DNA of 64,000 nucleotides from Aureliella sp. (GTDB taxonomy: Bacteria > Planctomycetota > Planctomycetia > Pirellulales > Pirellulaceae). The stretch spans positions 2,336,001 to 2,400,000 of the forward strand of contig OY829846.1 in the NCBI GenBank assembly GCA_963691875.1. The letters are read 5' to 3'. The notes beneath the pieces were generated by a model. That model did no database searches. It was given only the letters and a program-made list of their open reading frames with translations, and had not been told where the DNA came from. The first letter of the stretch is position 1, and each line of letters begins with the position of its first letter. The translations under genes and the position numbers were made by a program. Positions 31,897 through 42,622 of the stretch are shown in pieces.

Positions 31897-32570
31897 TCGT
31901 CGACAGCCAGTGCTTGCCTTTCTTCCACCCAAGGAACTGCTGGGTAGCTTTGCTGGATTCAATCGACGCGGCAAAGGCAGCCGCTTCGAGGCCAAGTAGT
32001 GCAAGCTCAAACCGATCGCGGAATGAATTCGACTGTTCAGCCCAATGCTTCCTACCCCAGTTCAAGAATTCATCCAGCTCATCATGCTGTAGGAATGACA
32101 AATAGAAGATCATCTGTCGCCAAGCTTAGGCTGAGTTCTTCACAGTGATCAACATGGTATGCCAATGCGACTTCTTGATCTGCAAGCTCTTGCAAATCAG
32201 CTCAAAGCATAGTCTCGCCACCTGCGGCGAATGCTGCTGCAACGAATCTAACAAGCCAAGAGACCCAACGACTGGTGCCAAGTTCTGTGTCGGCACGACC
32301 CGCTGCTGCTCCATGACCATCCCATTCGCCGCTGTATCCCAGCCAGCGGCTGAGACTCCTGCGGTCGAGTAGCAGAGCTTGGCAAAAGCAGGCGTCCTCT
32401 GCTTCCACCTTCCTAGCCAATCCTTCTGAGTGCTAACGCACTTTATGCTACCAATTGCATCGCAGTCAATCGCGTACGATTCCGCATACAAAGTTCCTGT
32501 GAGCATATCACCTGCAAGTTCTGCCGCGCGCAAAACTTCGCAGCAAACTCACCGATCGACAATCGAACAC
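31897..32570 (-). pseudogene. C-terminal remnant of a larger conserved hypothetical gene
   Basis: ORFs 32126-32533 and 31850-32113 join through an in-frame TAA (VKNSA*AWRQMIFYLS). An apparent frameshift near 32532 links upstream IGEFAAKF to RAAELAGDMLTGTLYAESYAID. Confidence 0.65.
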
Positions 32571-33978
32571 TTGGGGATTATTCACCGCATCCGGGCTCCG
32601 TGCTCTACATGAGCGCTTACGACCAAGACTCCTGGCAGCATGCGATTGGAAGCCAGCCCTTAACCAAGTCCGGAATCAGCCTCTCTTGGTGAGCGATCGA
32701 GTAGCCTGCCGCGAACTCGACTAGCTAAGTTCATCACGAGCTTAGGCATTTTTGCGCACCGGCGTCCGGAAGTACCATAGCAGGACAGCCGAAAGTCTTA
32801 ACGGCTTTCCCCGCATGATCGACGCAGAACCTTCGCTCTATCCCTACTTAAAGAAAGAAGAGCACTCAATGTCGCACCTAGATTCCGCAACCTGCGACGT
32901 ACGCTTGGCCAAATGCACCCAGCAAGGCCCGCGGCGAATCGCCCGGTGATTCCAGGTGCTCCCACTCCCAATCACTTTCGTGTTTTTGCTTTCCAATGTG
33001 CTCCCACTGAGGTTCCCCTTTGCATTCGCCAGACGGCTGCGTGGCGGCAGGTTAAGGCTATCTGAGTACAGACACCTCCAATGCCCAGAGTAGATCGCAC
33101 GTGAGCAACGCCGACAGTGGCTACGTTGCGATTTGGGCTGTCACATTCGCTGCTCGTTTGATTTACGAGATGCTGCGATAGCAATTAGAAAATAACACTT
33201 TTAATTAAGCGACGTTGATACACCCAAGCTGGTCAAGGATTTCCGGCCCCTTTCGGGATTCGAAACTGAGGCGCCGAGAGGGATTCGGCCACTCTGATTC
33301 CAGAGCACGCGAACGCCAAATTAATGCCATTAGCATCCTACGCCACGCCGAGCCCAAAATGAAAACGCCCGGCGAAACCGAAAGGTCGCCTTGAAGCTCT
33401 TGTGCTTCGGACTCAAGGCCGCCAATAGACAACTTCAGTTGACCGGAATTACGATCGGCGAAAACGATTGCAGCAAGCGACAAACAAACTGCCGAAAACC
33501 ACCAGCGAATTTGGCCGTGCAACAGTGGAATTGGCTGAAGAGCAAGAGCCACTAAGGCTAGCCATGGCTTATCGACCTGCGTCAGTTCTTTTCTGCATAT
33601 CAAATGATGGTAGCACTGAGTCATTGAGGCCAAACGTTGAATCCTCGACAGAAACGAGCTCTGCGTCTAGTAATCGGCCCCGAGGCGGCTGCATCTCCAT
33701 TGCTAAATTCGAACCGCGAATAGGGAATTGCTAATGCTTCACGAGGAACGCTGCGATCGGAGAAGATTGCCGATAGTTTTCCTTCGACGAGGTAGATAGC
33801 AACACAGCCGCGATAGGCCGCAAATCTTACCTCGGCTCGGTAGTAGCAAAAGAATGGAGCTTGCCTAAAGCTACGAGTCTCCCTAGCCGATCCAACTTGG
33901 CTATGTGACCCTGCGAATTGCAGCGGTAACAATGGATGGGAGCAGCGAATTCATTGCTTATTTGGTGCCCATTTGCCG

Positions 33979-34007
33979 TTGACGATCCTTGGGGGCACCC
34001 TTAAACT
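33979..34007 (+). promoter_or_regulatory. Sigma70-type promoter of the S10 operon
   Basis: TTGACG-17 nt-TAAACT, about 90 nt upstream of rpsJ. Confidence 0.6.
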
Positions 34008-34097
34008 TCGTACCCTTCCACGCAGGGCGTCTGTCTCGATACGTGGATCGTGTGAATTTTTGGTTCAATTTTTTTGAATTGCTGAAGAGGAAAAGCT

Positions 34098-34412
34098 GTG
34101 GCGGCAGGTAACGAAGTCATTCGAATTCGAATGGAAGCCTACGATCATGCTGTACTCGATCAAAGTGCACAGGAAATCGTAGATACCGCCAAGCGGACTC
34201 ATTCTGAGGTCCACGGCCCCATTCCTTTGCCTACTCGAATCGAGCGGTACACGGTTCTGTCCGGCCCGCACGTTGACAAAAAGGCTCGTCAGCAGTTCGA
34301 GATTCGCACGCACAAACGACTGATCGATATCCAGCAAGCTACCGCGAAGACGATCGAGGCTCTGAACAAGCTGAGTCTTCCTGCCGGTGTTGATATCAAG
34401 ATCAAGCTTTAA
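34098..34412 (+). CDS. rpsJ: 30S ribosomal protein S10
   Basis: [17 protein letters not shown] and [15 protein letters not shown]. Confidence 0.98.
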   Translation: MAAGNEVIRIRMEAYDHAVLDQSAQEIVDTAKRTHSEVHGPIPLPTRIERYTVLSGPHVDKKARQQFEIRTHKRLIDIQQATAKTIEALNKLSLPAGVDIKIKL

Positions 34413-34559
34413 GTTTAAGACTTCTGCAGGGTCCCGCCGCGGGGCAGCTCTGCGTGTTCTGAAATTTAATTAACTGAGTCCAGCTATGTACGGAGGCTGG
34501 CTAGGTAACGCAGGCTTCGGTCTGGTCCTAGGCGGCAAATCGTTCAACGGGAAAGTGAG

Positions 34560-35252
34560 ATGACTAAGGGAATCCTCGGCCGCAAGGTCGGATCAACGCA
34601 GATTTTCCAGGAAGACGGCACTGTTGTTCCTGTGACTGTAGTAGAAGTCGGTCCTTGTCACGTCTTGCAAGTGAAGACCGTTGAGCGTGACGGCTATGAA
34701 GCCGTTCAGCTGGGCTATCTCGATAAGCCTCGTCGGCTCGCTCCTAAGTCTCAGCGTGGCCAAGTTGCCGCAATCAGCAGCAAGCGGTCGAAGAAGCTGG
34801 CTGCCGAAGGCGTTGAAGCAGTTGCTAAGCCTGGCTGTGAGCCCAAACGATTTGTTCGCGAGCTTCGTGGTTCTTCCGAATTGGAAGTGGGTGCCGAAGT
34901 CACTGCAGCTGTTTTTGATGGTGTGAAGGCAGTCGATGTTACTGGTACGAGCAAGGGCCGTGGTTTCGCTGGTGTGATGAAGCGACACAACTTCAGCGGT
35001 CAGCGGGCTTCTCACGGTGTCAAAAAGTGTCACCGTCACGCTGGTGGTACTGGTATGGCGACTTATCCAGGTCGCGTCTTCAAGGGGCAGAAGATGGCCG
35101 GTCAGTATGGCGCGAAGAAGAAAACGGTTCGCAACTTGAAGATTGCGAAGATTGATACGGAAAACAATTTGTTGCTAGTCCAAGGCGCCGTGCCAGGGCC
35201 TCAAGGCGGTTACGTGGTTGTTCGCGAAACCAACAAGGTTGGCCCTAACTAA
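34560..35252 (+). CDS. rplC: 50S ribosomal protein L3
   Basis: GILGRKVG, DGYEAVQLG and SKGRGFAGVMKRH. Confidence 0.98.
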   Translation: MTKGILGRKVGSTQIFQEDGTVVPVTVVEVGPCHVLQVKTVERDGYEAVQLGYLDKPRRLAPKSQRGQVAAISSKRSKKLAAEGVEAVAKPGCEPKRFVRELRGSSELEVGAEVTAAVFDGVKAVDVTGTSKGRGFAGVMKRHNFSGQRASHGVKKCHRHAGGTGMATYPGRVFKGQKMAGQYGAKKKTVRNLKIAKIDTENNLLLVQGAVPGPQGGYVVVRETNKVGPN

Positions 35253-35281
35253 GACGGTTTTAGGAGCATTTGGGTTCAAAG

Positions 35282-35920
35282 ATGGTTACTTTGCCAGTTT
35301 ATGATTTGAAGGGTTCGGAAGTCGGTAAGATCGACGTCGATCCTGATGCCATCGCGCCAAAGATCAACAAGCAGTTGTTGCACGACGTCGTGGTGATGTA
35401 CTTGGCCAACAAGCGTCAAGGCACCAAGCGAACAAAGCCTCGAGGCGAGGTTTCGGGCACGACCAAGAAGCTGTTCCGTCAAAAGGGAACGGGTAACGCA
35501 CGTGCGGGTTCCAAGCGAGCCCCTCATCGTCGTGGCGGTGGTCATGCGATGCAGCTGCGTCCGCGTTCGTTTTACTATCGCTTGCCCAAGAAGGCGATCA
35601 AGACGGCAACGAAGATGGCGATCGCTTCCAAATTTGCGGATAGTGAAGTCGTCGTGGTTGACAAGATAGAGATGGAGTCGCCCAGCACGCGTAGCTTTGT
35701 TGGTGCCCTCCAGGCACTTGGCCTGACTGGCTCGACTGCAACAGTTGCCTTGGGTGATTACTCGAAAGAGGTTCATTTGAGTGCTCGCAACATTCAGGGC
35801 GTTCAGGTAACGCGAGTTGCGGATTTGAATGCATTGGATATCCTGCGTCCGAAGAAGTTAGTTTTAACGAAGGATGCTGTGGAGTGGATTCAGTCTCAAG
35901 CCAATGGAGCTGCAGCCTAG
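35282..35920 (+). CDS. rplD: 50S ribosomal protein L4
   Basis: RQGTKRTK and RQKGTGNARAGS; ATG 35282 chosen as start. Confidence 0.97.
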   Translation: MVTLPVYDLKGSEVGKIDVDPDAIAPKINKQLLHDVVVMYLANKRQGTKRTKPRGEVSGTTKKLFRQKGTGNARAGSKRAPHRRGGGHAMQLRPRSFYYRLPKKAIKTATKMAIASKFADSEVVVVDKIEMESPSTRSFVGALQALGLTGSTATVALGDYSKEVHLSARNIQGVQVTRVADLNALDILRPKKLVLTKDAVEWIQSQANGAAA

Positions 35921-35949
35921 AAAACAGCTGCGGATTGCGAGGTTAAGTC

Positions 35950-36288
35950 ATGAGCAAGAAATCCAATTCGAATGTAAAAGCCGTTGATGGCAACAAGAAG
36001 GGCTTCGAGCTGGAGCCTCACCAGGTCATCATTCGCCCTTTGGTTACTGAAAAGGGTGTTCACCGCTCGGTACGGAACAACCATTACGCCTTCGAGGTGC
36101 ATCCTCAGGCGACAAAGACTGACGTTCGCCGTGCGATCGAAGAGTTGTTCGAAGTCGAAGTCGACAAGGTGATGACTCAAAACCGCCGCGGAAAGACGCG
36201 TCGTTATCGACATCGTCACGGTGTAACAAGCAATTGGAAGAAGGCAGTTGTGAAGCTCACCTCAGAGCATCGCATTGACTTCTTCTAG
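35950..36288 (+). CDS. rplW: 50S ribosomal protein L23
   Basis: IIRPLVTEK, ATKTDVRRAIEELF and WKKAVVKL. Confidence 0.97.
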   Translation: MSKKSNSNVKAVDGNKKGFELEPHQVIIRPLVTEKGVHRSVRNNHYAFEVHPQATKTDVRRAIEELFEVEVDKVMTQNRRGKTRRYRHRHGVTSNWKKAVVKLTSEHRIDFF

Positions 36289-36339
36289 GCCGAACGGAAC
36301 AAATTTATTCGCTATTCGTTAGCGTAGGTAAAGAGCGTT

Positions 36340-37197
36340 ATGGGAATTCGCAAGTACAAGCCGACTTCAGCTGGACGACGCAACGCGTCGGTCAGTGACT
36401 TCGCTGAGCTGACCCCGGGTGCGAAGCCTGAGAAGTCCTTGCTCCGTCCAAAGAAGAAGAAGGGCGGCCGCAATAACCAAGGCAAAATCACAGCACGGCA
36501 TCGCGGCGGCGGTCACAAGCAGCAGTATCGTGTGATCGATTTCAAGCGGAACAAGGATGGTATCCCTGCCAAGGTAGATTCCATTCAGTACGATCCCAAT
36601 CGCTCCAGTCGCATCGCTTTATTGCACTACGCGGATGGTGAGAAGCGTTACATTATTGCCCCTGACGGACTGAAGGCTGGTGACAGTGTTGAGTCCGGCA
36701 ATGAAGTCGCTCCAAAGGTTGGTAACTGCTTGCCGCTCAAGGCAATGCCCGCTGGCACTGAAGTATTCTGCATCGAGTTGCAACCAGGCCGCGGCGGCGT
36801 TTTGTGCCGCAGTGCTGGAACGCTCGCAACTCTGATGGCTCGGGAAGCGGATTGGGCTCAGCTGAGTCTTCCGAGTGGTGAAATTCGCCGTGTGCCAGGC
36901 AATTGCCGAGCGACCATTGGCAAGGCCAGCAACCCTGACCACAGTTCGGTTGTGCTCGGTAAAGCCGGTCGTGCTCGTTGGCTCGGGCGTCGTCCCCATG
37001 TTCGTGGTACCGCTATGAACCCGATCGATCACCCACACGGTGGTGGAGAAGGTCGAACGAAGGGCGGTCGTCACCCGGTTACTCCTCAGGGGCGGCCAAC
37101 GAAAGGTGGTTCGACACGTGCTCGTCGCAAGCCATCGAACAGCTCAATCGTTCGTCGTCGTCGTTCGAAACGTTACGGCCAATTGAAACTGAAGTAA
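36340..37197 (+). CDS. rplB: 50S ribosomal protein L2
   Basis: [21 protein letters not shown] and [17 protein letters not shown]. Confidence 0.99.
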   Translation: MGIRKYKPTSAGRRNASVSDFAELTPGAKPEKSLLRPKKKKGGRNNQGKITARHRGGGHKQQYRVIDFKRNKDGIPAKVDSIQYDPNRSSRIALLHYADGEKRYIIAPDGLKAGDSVESGNEVAPKVGNCLPLKAMPAGTEVFCIELQPGRGGVLCRSAGTLATLMAREADWAQLSLPSGEIRRVPGNCRATIGKASNPDHSSVVLGKAGRARWLGRRPHVRGTAMNPIDHPHGGGEGRTKGGRHPVTPQGRPTKGGSTRARRKPSNSSIVRRRRSKRYGQLKLK

Positions 37198-37242
37198 GAA
37201 AACACAGGCTCTGTATCCAAGTTTGGGTGAGAAGAATTAGAT

Positions 37243-37512
37243 ATGGGACGTTCGACCAAAAAAGGGCCCTTCGTAGATCCAAGACTCTACGGCAAGGTAG
37301 TGAAGGCTCAGGAAGCAGGTTCGCACCAGCCGATCACAACCTGGGCTCGACGTTGCACGATCGTGCCTGAATTCGTCGGCGTGACCTTCATGGTTCACAA
37401 CGGCCGGGCTCACGTGAAAGTCTTGGTAACGGAAGACATGGTAGGGCATAAACTCGGTGAGTTTGCGCCGACCCGGACCTTCCGCGGCCATACTGGTAAG
37501 GGCAAGAAGTAG
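37243..37512 (+). CDS. rpsS: 30S ribosomal protein S19
   Basis: [10 protein letters not shown] and [13 protein letters not shown]. Confidence 0.98.
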   Translation: MGRSTKKGPFVDPRLYGKVVKAQEAGSHQPITTWARRCTIVPEFVGVTFMVHNGRAHVKVLVTEDMVGHKLGEFAPTRTFRGHTGKGKK

Positions 37513-37563
37513 TAAACCTTCGCGGCCGGATGGCTGTGAGACATTTGAGTTAAGGTTGGACAC

Positions 37564-37935
37564 ATGGCATTCAAAGCCACTCACAAATACGCTCGAATCA
37601 GTGCCCGAAAGGTTCGTCCTCTGGCAGATTTAGTCCGTGGGAAGTTCGCAGACGAAGCCTTGGATTTGCTGAAGTATCAGCCGCATCGTGGAGCTCGCAT
37701 GCTTGAAAAAGTGTTGCGTAGCGCGATCGGAAATGCTCAGGATCCTGACCAGAACCGAGGTCAAACTTACAATCCAGAACGACTGATCGTATCAGTCGCG
37801 AAGATTGACGGTGGCCCGACGTTCAAGCGAATTCGGCCGCGTGCACGGGGTATGGCATACGGCATCCTCAAGCGGACAGCCCACATCACTGTGGAGCTGA
37901 GCTTGATGGAGGAGTTTGCTCCAGCTGAGCAGTAA
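37564..37935 (+). CDS. rplV: 50S ribosomal protein L22
   Basis: RISARKVR, KRIRPRARG and KRTAHITV. Confidence 0.97.
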   Translation: MAFKATHKYARISARKVRPLADLVRGKFADEALDLLKYQPHRGARMLEKVLRSAIGNAQDPDQNRGQTYNPERLIVSVAKIDGGPTFKRIRPRARGMAYGILKRTAHITVELSLMEEFAPAEQ

Positions 37936-37992
37936 TCGAATAACCGTGCAATCGTTTAACAAAAACCGTTCAATCGTTTAGCGAGTTGAGTT

Positions 37993-38715
37993 ATGGGACA
38001 AAAGGTAAACCCAGTAGGATTTCGCACCGGCGTTGTCGTCGGATGGAAGAGCCGCTGGTATGCCTCTAAGAAGGAGTTTGCGGAGCTATTGGTGGAAGAC
38101 CAAAAAGTTCGCAAGTTCATCCGCAACCACCCGGATTCACGCTTCCGCCAGCAATATCGCAACGCGGGAATCGACCGGATTGAAATTGAGCGGACACGAG
38201 ACGAAGTTCGAGTCATGTTGTTTGTGGCTCGACCTGGTTTGATTATCGGTAAGAAAGGCCAAGACGTCGAGAAGCTGCAGGAAGAGTTGCAGTCGCTGAT
38301 CGGTCGTCGCGTCAACTTGAAAATCGAAGAAGTATCGCGACCTGAGCTGCAAGCTCAACTGGTAGCGGACGACATCGCTCAGCAGTTGATGAAACGGGCT
38401 AACTTCCGACGCACGATGAAACGGGCATTAGAAACAACGATGGACGCTGGTGCTAAGGGCATCAAAGTTCAATTGGCTGGCCGACTCGGTGGTGCTGAGA
38501 TGGCACGTCGCGAGAAGGCGAGTGCTGGCTCGTTGCCACTAAGCACTCTGCAAGCCAAAATCGACTACGGTTTCTCCGAAGCGACAACGCCTCAGGGAAA
38601 CCTTGGTATTCAAGTATGGGTAAATCAAGGTTCTTACGCGGGAGACGCGAACGATGGCGCTGATGCCCAAACGGGTCAAGCATCGAAAAAGCCAAAGAGG
38701 ACGCATAAAAGGTAA
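37993..38715 (+). CDS. rpsC: 30S ribosomal protein S3
   Basis: MGQKVNPVGFR, ARPGLIIGKKG and GRLGGAEMAR. Confidence 0.98.
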   Translation: MGQKVNPVGFRTGVVVGWKSRWYASKKEFAELLVEDQKVRKFIRNHPDSRFRQQYRNAGIDRIEIERTRDEVRVMLFVARPGLIIGKKGQDVEKLQEELQSLIGRRVNLKIEEVSRPELQAQLVADDIAQQLMKRANFRRTMKRALETTMDAGAKGIKVQLAGRLGGAEMARREKASAGSLPLSTLQAKIDYGFSEATTPQGNLGIQVWVNQGSYAGDANDGADAQTGQASKKPKRTHKR

Positions 38716-39070
38716 TGCAACTCGCGGTAACAAAGTCGTCTACGGCGACTTTGGACTGCAGTCCTTGGACGCTGGTTGGATCCGTGCGAAGACTATTGAG
38801 GCGGGACGTATCGCGGCGCAACAGTACGTGCGTGGCGAAGGTAAGCTTTACATCCGTATCTTCCCGGACAAGCCGATTTCCTCCAAGCCTTTGGAGACTC
38901 GGATGGGCAAAGGTAAGGGTGAGCCAGAAGCCTGGGTCGCGGTGGTGAAGCCTGGTACAGTTCTATATGAGCTGGCCGGTGTAACGGAGCAGCAAGCCAA
39001 AGTGTGCTTTGCACGTCTTGCGGCGAAGATGCCTGTCAAAGTTCGAATGGTCAAACGCCGCTTGGCGTAG
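38654..39070 (+). CDS. rplP: 50S ribosomal protein L16
   Basis: LMPKRVKHRK, RIFPDKP and RMGKGKG. Confidence 0.98.
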   Translation: MALMPKRVKHRKSQRGRIKGNATRGNKVVYGDFGLQSLDAGWIRAKTIEAGRIAAQQYVRGEGKLYIRIFPDKPISSKPLETRMGKGKGEPEAWVAVVKPGTVLYELAGVTEQQAKVCFARLAAKMPVKVRMVKRRLA

Positions 39071-39115
39071 ACCTTTCGAGATCCAGAAAAGCAATAAGCA
39101 AACAAGTTATTAGCC

Positions 39116-39322
39116 ATGGATATTAACGAACTTCGAGAGATGAGTGACGAGCAGTTGGAGCTCACCGCTAAAGATGCGGCCAACCAGCTGTTTCGCTTGA
39201 GAGTGAAGGCGCAAACTGAGAAATTGGAGTCGCCTACTGAGAAGCGTCGGAATCGTCGATTGATCGCGCGGGTTCGGACGTTGCAAACCGAGCGAGCCAA
39301 GGCCAAAGAGGCGCAGTCGTGA
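39116..39322 (+). CDS. rpmC: 50S ribosomal protein L29
   Basis: ELREMSDEQL, LFRLR and IARVRT; operon position. Confidence 0.95.
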   Translation: MDINELREMSDEQLELTAKDAANQLFRLRVKAQTEKLESPTEKRRNRRLIARVRTLQTERAKAKEAQS

Positions 39323-39372
39323 ACTCGAGCGTTGCGTGAGTTTTGCAGAACAGTATTTGAGAGTTTAGTTGT

Positions 39373-39762
39373 ATGCCAGCCAGAGTTGCTATCGGAGTCG
39401 TGACGAGCGACAAGGCGTCCAAGACAAGACGCGTTGAGATCAATCGCACGGTCAAGCACCCCAAGTATGGTAAGTATGTCAAGCGCCGGACGGTGTGCCA
39501 CGTTCATGACGAGAACAACGACTCGGCGGTAGGTGATACCGTCGAGATCCAGGAGAGTCGTCCACTGAGTCGCCTGAAGCGTTGGACCTTGCTTCGCGTC
39601 GTCGAGAAAAGCCGCGAGGTCGACCTCGCACAATTGCGTGCTGCGAAACGAGCTACCGGCAACGAGCAGACTGCTGTCATCGACGACTTGTCTGGTAAGG
39701 AAGAGGGCGATGCTCCGGCGGCGGAGTCGAGCGAAGGTGGCGAAGCTGACTCCGAGAGTTAA
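39373..39762 (+). CDS. rpsQ: 30S ribosomal protein S17 with acidic C-terminal extension
   Basis: [15 protein letters not shown] and [11 protein letters not shown]. Confidence 0.97.
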   Translation: MPARVAIGVVTSDKASKTRRVEINRTVKHPKYGKYVKRRTVCHVHDENNDSAVGDTVEIQESRPLSRLKRWTLLRVVEKSREVDLAQLRAAKRATGNEQTAVIDDLSGKEEGDAPAAESSEGGEADSES

Positions 39763-39823
39763 TCACAGCAAATCAAGCTGAGATTTTCGCCTTAGACATA
39801 TCAAATCAACGATTGTTTAGACC

Positions 39824-40192
39824 ATGATTCAACAAGAAACACGACTAGCCGTTGCCGACAACAGTGGTGCTAAAGAAGTCATGTGCATCAAGGTACTCGG
39901 TGGTAGCCGCCGCCGTTACGCTGGTGTGGGCGATATCATCGTCTGCTCCGTCAAGGCGGTACAGCCTGGCAGTGAAGTTAAGAAGAAGTCGATCGTTCGT
40001 GCGGTTGTCGTGCGCTGCAAGCAACCGACTCGCCGTCCCGACGGAAGCTACATCCGCTTCGACAGCAATGCAGTTGTATTGGTCGACAAAGATGCAAACC
40101 CGCGTGGAACACGGATCTTTGGTGCGGTCGGACGCGAACTTCGCGAGAAGAAGTTCATGAAGATCGTTAGCTTGGCTAGCGAAGTAGTTTAA
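39824..40192 (+). CDS. rplN: 50S ribosomal protein L14
   Basis: [15 protein letters not shown] and GTRIFG. Confidence 0.98.
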   Translation: MIQQETRLAVADNSGAKEVMCIKVLGGSRRRYAGVGDIIVCSVKAVQPGSEVKKKSIVRAVVVRCKQPTRRPDGSYIRFDSNAVVLVDKDANPRGTRIFGAVGRELREKKFMKIVSLASEVV

Positions 40193-40235
40193 GTCACAGG
40201 CAGCGAGCAAAGTTAGAAGATTTAGGAACAGTTCG

Positions 40236-40583
40236 ATGCTGATTCGAGAAAACGACGAAGTCCTGGTAATCGCCGGGGTCGACAAAGGCTCACGAGGCAA
40301 GGTTTTGCGTGTCGACCGCGAAAAGAAACGCGTAATTGTTGAAGGCGTGAATAAGGTTCACAAGCACGTTCGTCGAAGCCAAAAAAATCCACAAGGTGGT
40401 CGATTAAGCAAGGAGATGCCGATCGACGCCAGCAACGTCATGCTGCTCGACCCACAGACGGGCAAACGAACCCGAGTTGGCGTTCGTTACCTCCCTGACG
40501 GCAGCAAGGAAAGATTCGCCAAGGGCAGCGGAGCATCACTGGGTGTTATCGCACCACCGAATGCCAAATACGCAAATCAGTAA
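40236..40583 (+). CDS. rplX: 50S ribosomal protein L24
   Basis: VIAGVDKG, VIVEGVN and EMPIDASNV. Confidence 0.97.
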   Translation: MLIRENDEVLVIAGVDKGSRGKVLRVDREKKRVIVEGVNKVHKHVRRSQKNPQGGRLSKEMPIDASNVMLLDPQTGKRTRVGVRYLPDGSKERFAKGSGASLGVIAPPNAKYANQ

Positions 40584-40638
40584 TTAAGAATACTTTTTTC
40601 AGCCCAGCCTGAAACCAAAACACTTAGGTGCCACAGAC

Positions 40639-41199
40639 ATGGTTCCCAGATTACAAGAAGCCTACCAAACCAAGATTCGTGAAGAGCTGGCTAAGCAGCT
40701 AGAAGTCAAGAATCCAATGGCGATTCCCAAGCTGACGAAAATCGTCATCAATATGGGTGTAGGCTCAGCTATTGCAGACAAGAAAAACTTGGAACTGGCG
40801 TACGACGCTCTTACGGAGCTGTCTGGCCAAAAGCCCGTTCAAACGTTGGCTCGCAAGTCAATTGCAGGTTTCAAGTTACGCGAAGGCATGGCGATTGGCT
40901 GCAAGGTCACTCTCCGACGCCAGCGAATGTATGAGTTCCTCGATCGCTTAGTTGCGATCGTCTTGCCTCGAGTGCGGGACTTTCGTGGTGTAAGTCGCAA
41001 GGCTTTCGACGGCAACGGGAACTACAGCCTGAGTTTGACTGAGCAGTTGGTATTCCCGGAGTTGAACCCGGACAAATACACCAAGCCTCAGGGAATGAAC
41101 ATTACCATTTGTACGACTGCCGAAACGAATGACGCCGGGCGATTGTTGCTCGAGATGTTCGGCATGCCATTTCGTGCAGCCAAGCAACCTGCTGCATAG
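40639..41199 (+). CDS. rplE: 50S ribosomal protein L5
   Basis: KIVINMGVG, FKLREG and LPRVRDFRG. Confidence 0.98.
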   Translation: MVPRLQEAYQTKIREELAKQLEVKNPMAIPKLTKIVINMGVGSAIADKKNLELAYDALTELSGQKPVQTLARKSIAGFKLREGMAIGCKVTLRRQRMYEFLDRLVAIVLPRVRDFRGVSRKAFDGNGNYSLSLTEQLVFPELNPDKYTKPQGMNITICTTAETNDAGRLLLEMFGMPFRAAKQPAA

Positions 41200-41247
41200 A
41201 ATCGTTAGAAGTCAGATAGAACATTTTTAGGACCGGATGGATATCCA

Positions 41248-41433
41248 GTGGCAAGCAAAAGCAAAATAGCGAAAGCGAATCGCACGCCTAAGTTTTCTAC
41301 TCGTCGTGAGAATCGTTGTAAGCTCTGCGGACGTCCGCGATCGGTGTATCGCAAGTTTGGCATTTGCAGAATTTGTTTTCGAGAATTGGCAGACCAGGGT
41401 TTAATTCCTGGTGTGCGCAAGGCTAGCTGGTAG
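41248..41433 (+). CDS. rpsN: 30S ribosomal protein S14, short zinc-binding (type Z) form
   Basis: RCKLCGRPR...CRICFRE...GVRKASW; 61 aa. Confidence 0.97.
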   Translation: MASKSKIAKANRTPKFSTRRENRCKLCGRPRSVYRKFGICRICFRELADQGLIPGVRKASW

Positions 41434-41557
41434 ACACGCTGCTTCGTCGGCCTCCCGCGGCGGTCGAAGCAGACATTTGTTCGGCACCAAGAAAGACACA
41501 ATTTCAGTCGGTGAAAACTAACTGAGCCATTGATTCAGATAAGGGACACAAACCACG

Positions 41558-41953
41558 ATGATGACCGACCCTATCGCTGACATGCTTACTCGAATCCGGA
41601 ACGCCGTCCGCGTTGAGCGGCAGCATGTGGATATCCCGACCTCGAGGGTAAAGCGTGGTTTAGCCGAGGTTCTGAAGCGTGAAGGATACATTTGGGACTA
41701 CAAGGAACTGGAGGCAGAGCCGGTTGGGCAGCTGCGAATCGAGCTCAAATACGGGCCCAATGGTGAGCGCGTGATTCAGTCGATTCAGCGTGTCAGTAAG
41801 CCTGGACGTCGCGTGTTCAGCAAGAGCCGGGATCTGCGACCTGTCCTAAACGGCCTTGGGATTTCGATCATCAGCACCAGTCAGGGTGTGGTAAGCGATC
41901 GGGAAGCCCGACAGCAGAACATTGGCGGCGAAATCCTCTGTGAAGTTTGCTAA
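41558..41953 (+). CDS. rpsH: 30S ribosomal protein S8
   Basis: MTDPIADMLTRIRNA, SKPGRR and IISTSQG. Confidence 0.98.
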   Translation: MMTDPIADMLTRIRNAVRVERQHVDIPTSRVKRGLAEVLKREGYIWDYKELEAEPVGQLRIELKYGPNGERVIQSIQRVSKPGRRVFSKSRDLRPVLNGLGISIISTSQGVVSDREARQQNIGGEILCEVC

Positions 41954-42010
41954 GCCGCCTGTTCGTTCGCCTTCGGTGGTAGTTCAGCCTAAAACATAAA
42001 TTGAAGAACC

Positions 42011-42553
42011 ATGTCACGAATCGGAAATAAGCCAGTTCCCATCATCGACGGGGTGGAAGTCAGTGTCGCTGATCGTGTGGTCAAGGTAAAAGGCCCCAAG
42101 GGTGAGCTTGAGTTTGCTCATCGCCCCGAGGTCGCCGTTGCCGTAGATGGCGAAGACAAAACTGTAAAAGTATCGCGTCAGACTAATGAGCGTACTTCTC
42201 GGGAACTGCATGGTCTGACTCGCGCGGTCATCAGCAACATGATCTTCGGAGTCAAAGAAGGTTATGAGAAGAAGTTGGAAGTTGTCGGTGTTGGCTACAT
42301 CGCTGCGATTCAGGGGAAAGAGCTTCAGTTACGTGTCGGTTACGCCAACGAACTTAAGAAGATCATTCCCGATGGCTTGAGCGTCACCTGCCCTGATCAA
42401 ACGCATATCGTCGTTCAGGGCTGCGACAAGCAGATGGTTGGGCAGTTCGCGGCTGAAGTTCGAGCACTGAGAAAACCAGAGCCTTACAAGGGTAAGGGAA
42501 TTCGTTACCAAGGCGAGCAAGTCAAGCTCAAGGCTGGCAAGTCCGCGACTTAG
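42011..42553 (+). CDS. rplF: 50S ribosomal protein L6
   Basis: MSRIGNKP and RKPEPYKGKGIRY. Confidence 0.98.
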   Translation: MSRIGNKPVPIIDGVEVSVADRVVKVKGPKGELEFAHRPEVAVAVDGEDKTVKVSRQTNERTSRELHGLTRAVISNMIFGVKEGYEKKLEVVGVGYIAAIQGKELQLRVGYANELKKIIPDGLSVTCPDQTHIVVQGCDKQMVGQFAAEVRALRKPEPYKGKGIRYQGEQVKLKAGKSAT

Positions 42554-42622
42554 TCCTCACTGAAATAGCAATACATCCGCCAAGATTTGGCGTAAGCAGA
42601 TTGAAGTACAAGCGAGCCAATC

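Noticed and set aside
32126..32128. In-frame stop as a second recoding event
   Set aside because: The codon is TAA, it is not at a Cys-type motif, and a nearby frameshift and truncation indicate decay.
33205..33932. Minus-strand ORFs of 142 and 103 aa upstream of rpsJ
   Set aside because: No recognisable family and weak starts; they may be remnants but cannot be supported as genes.
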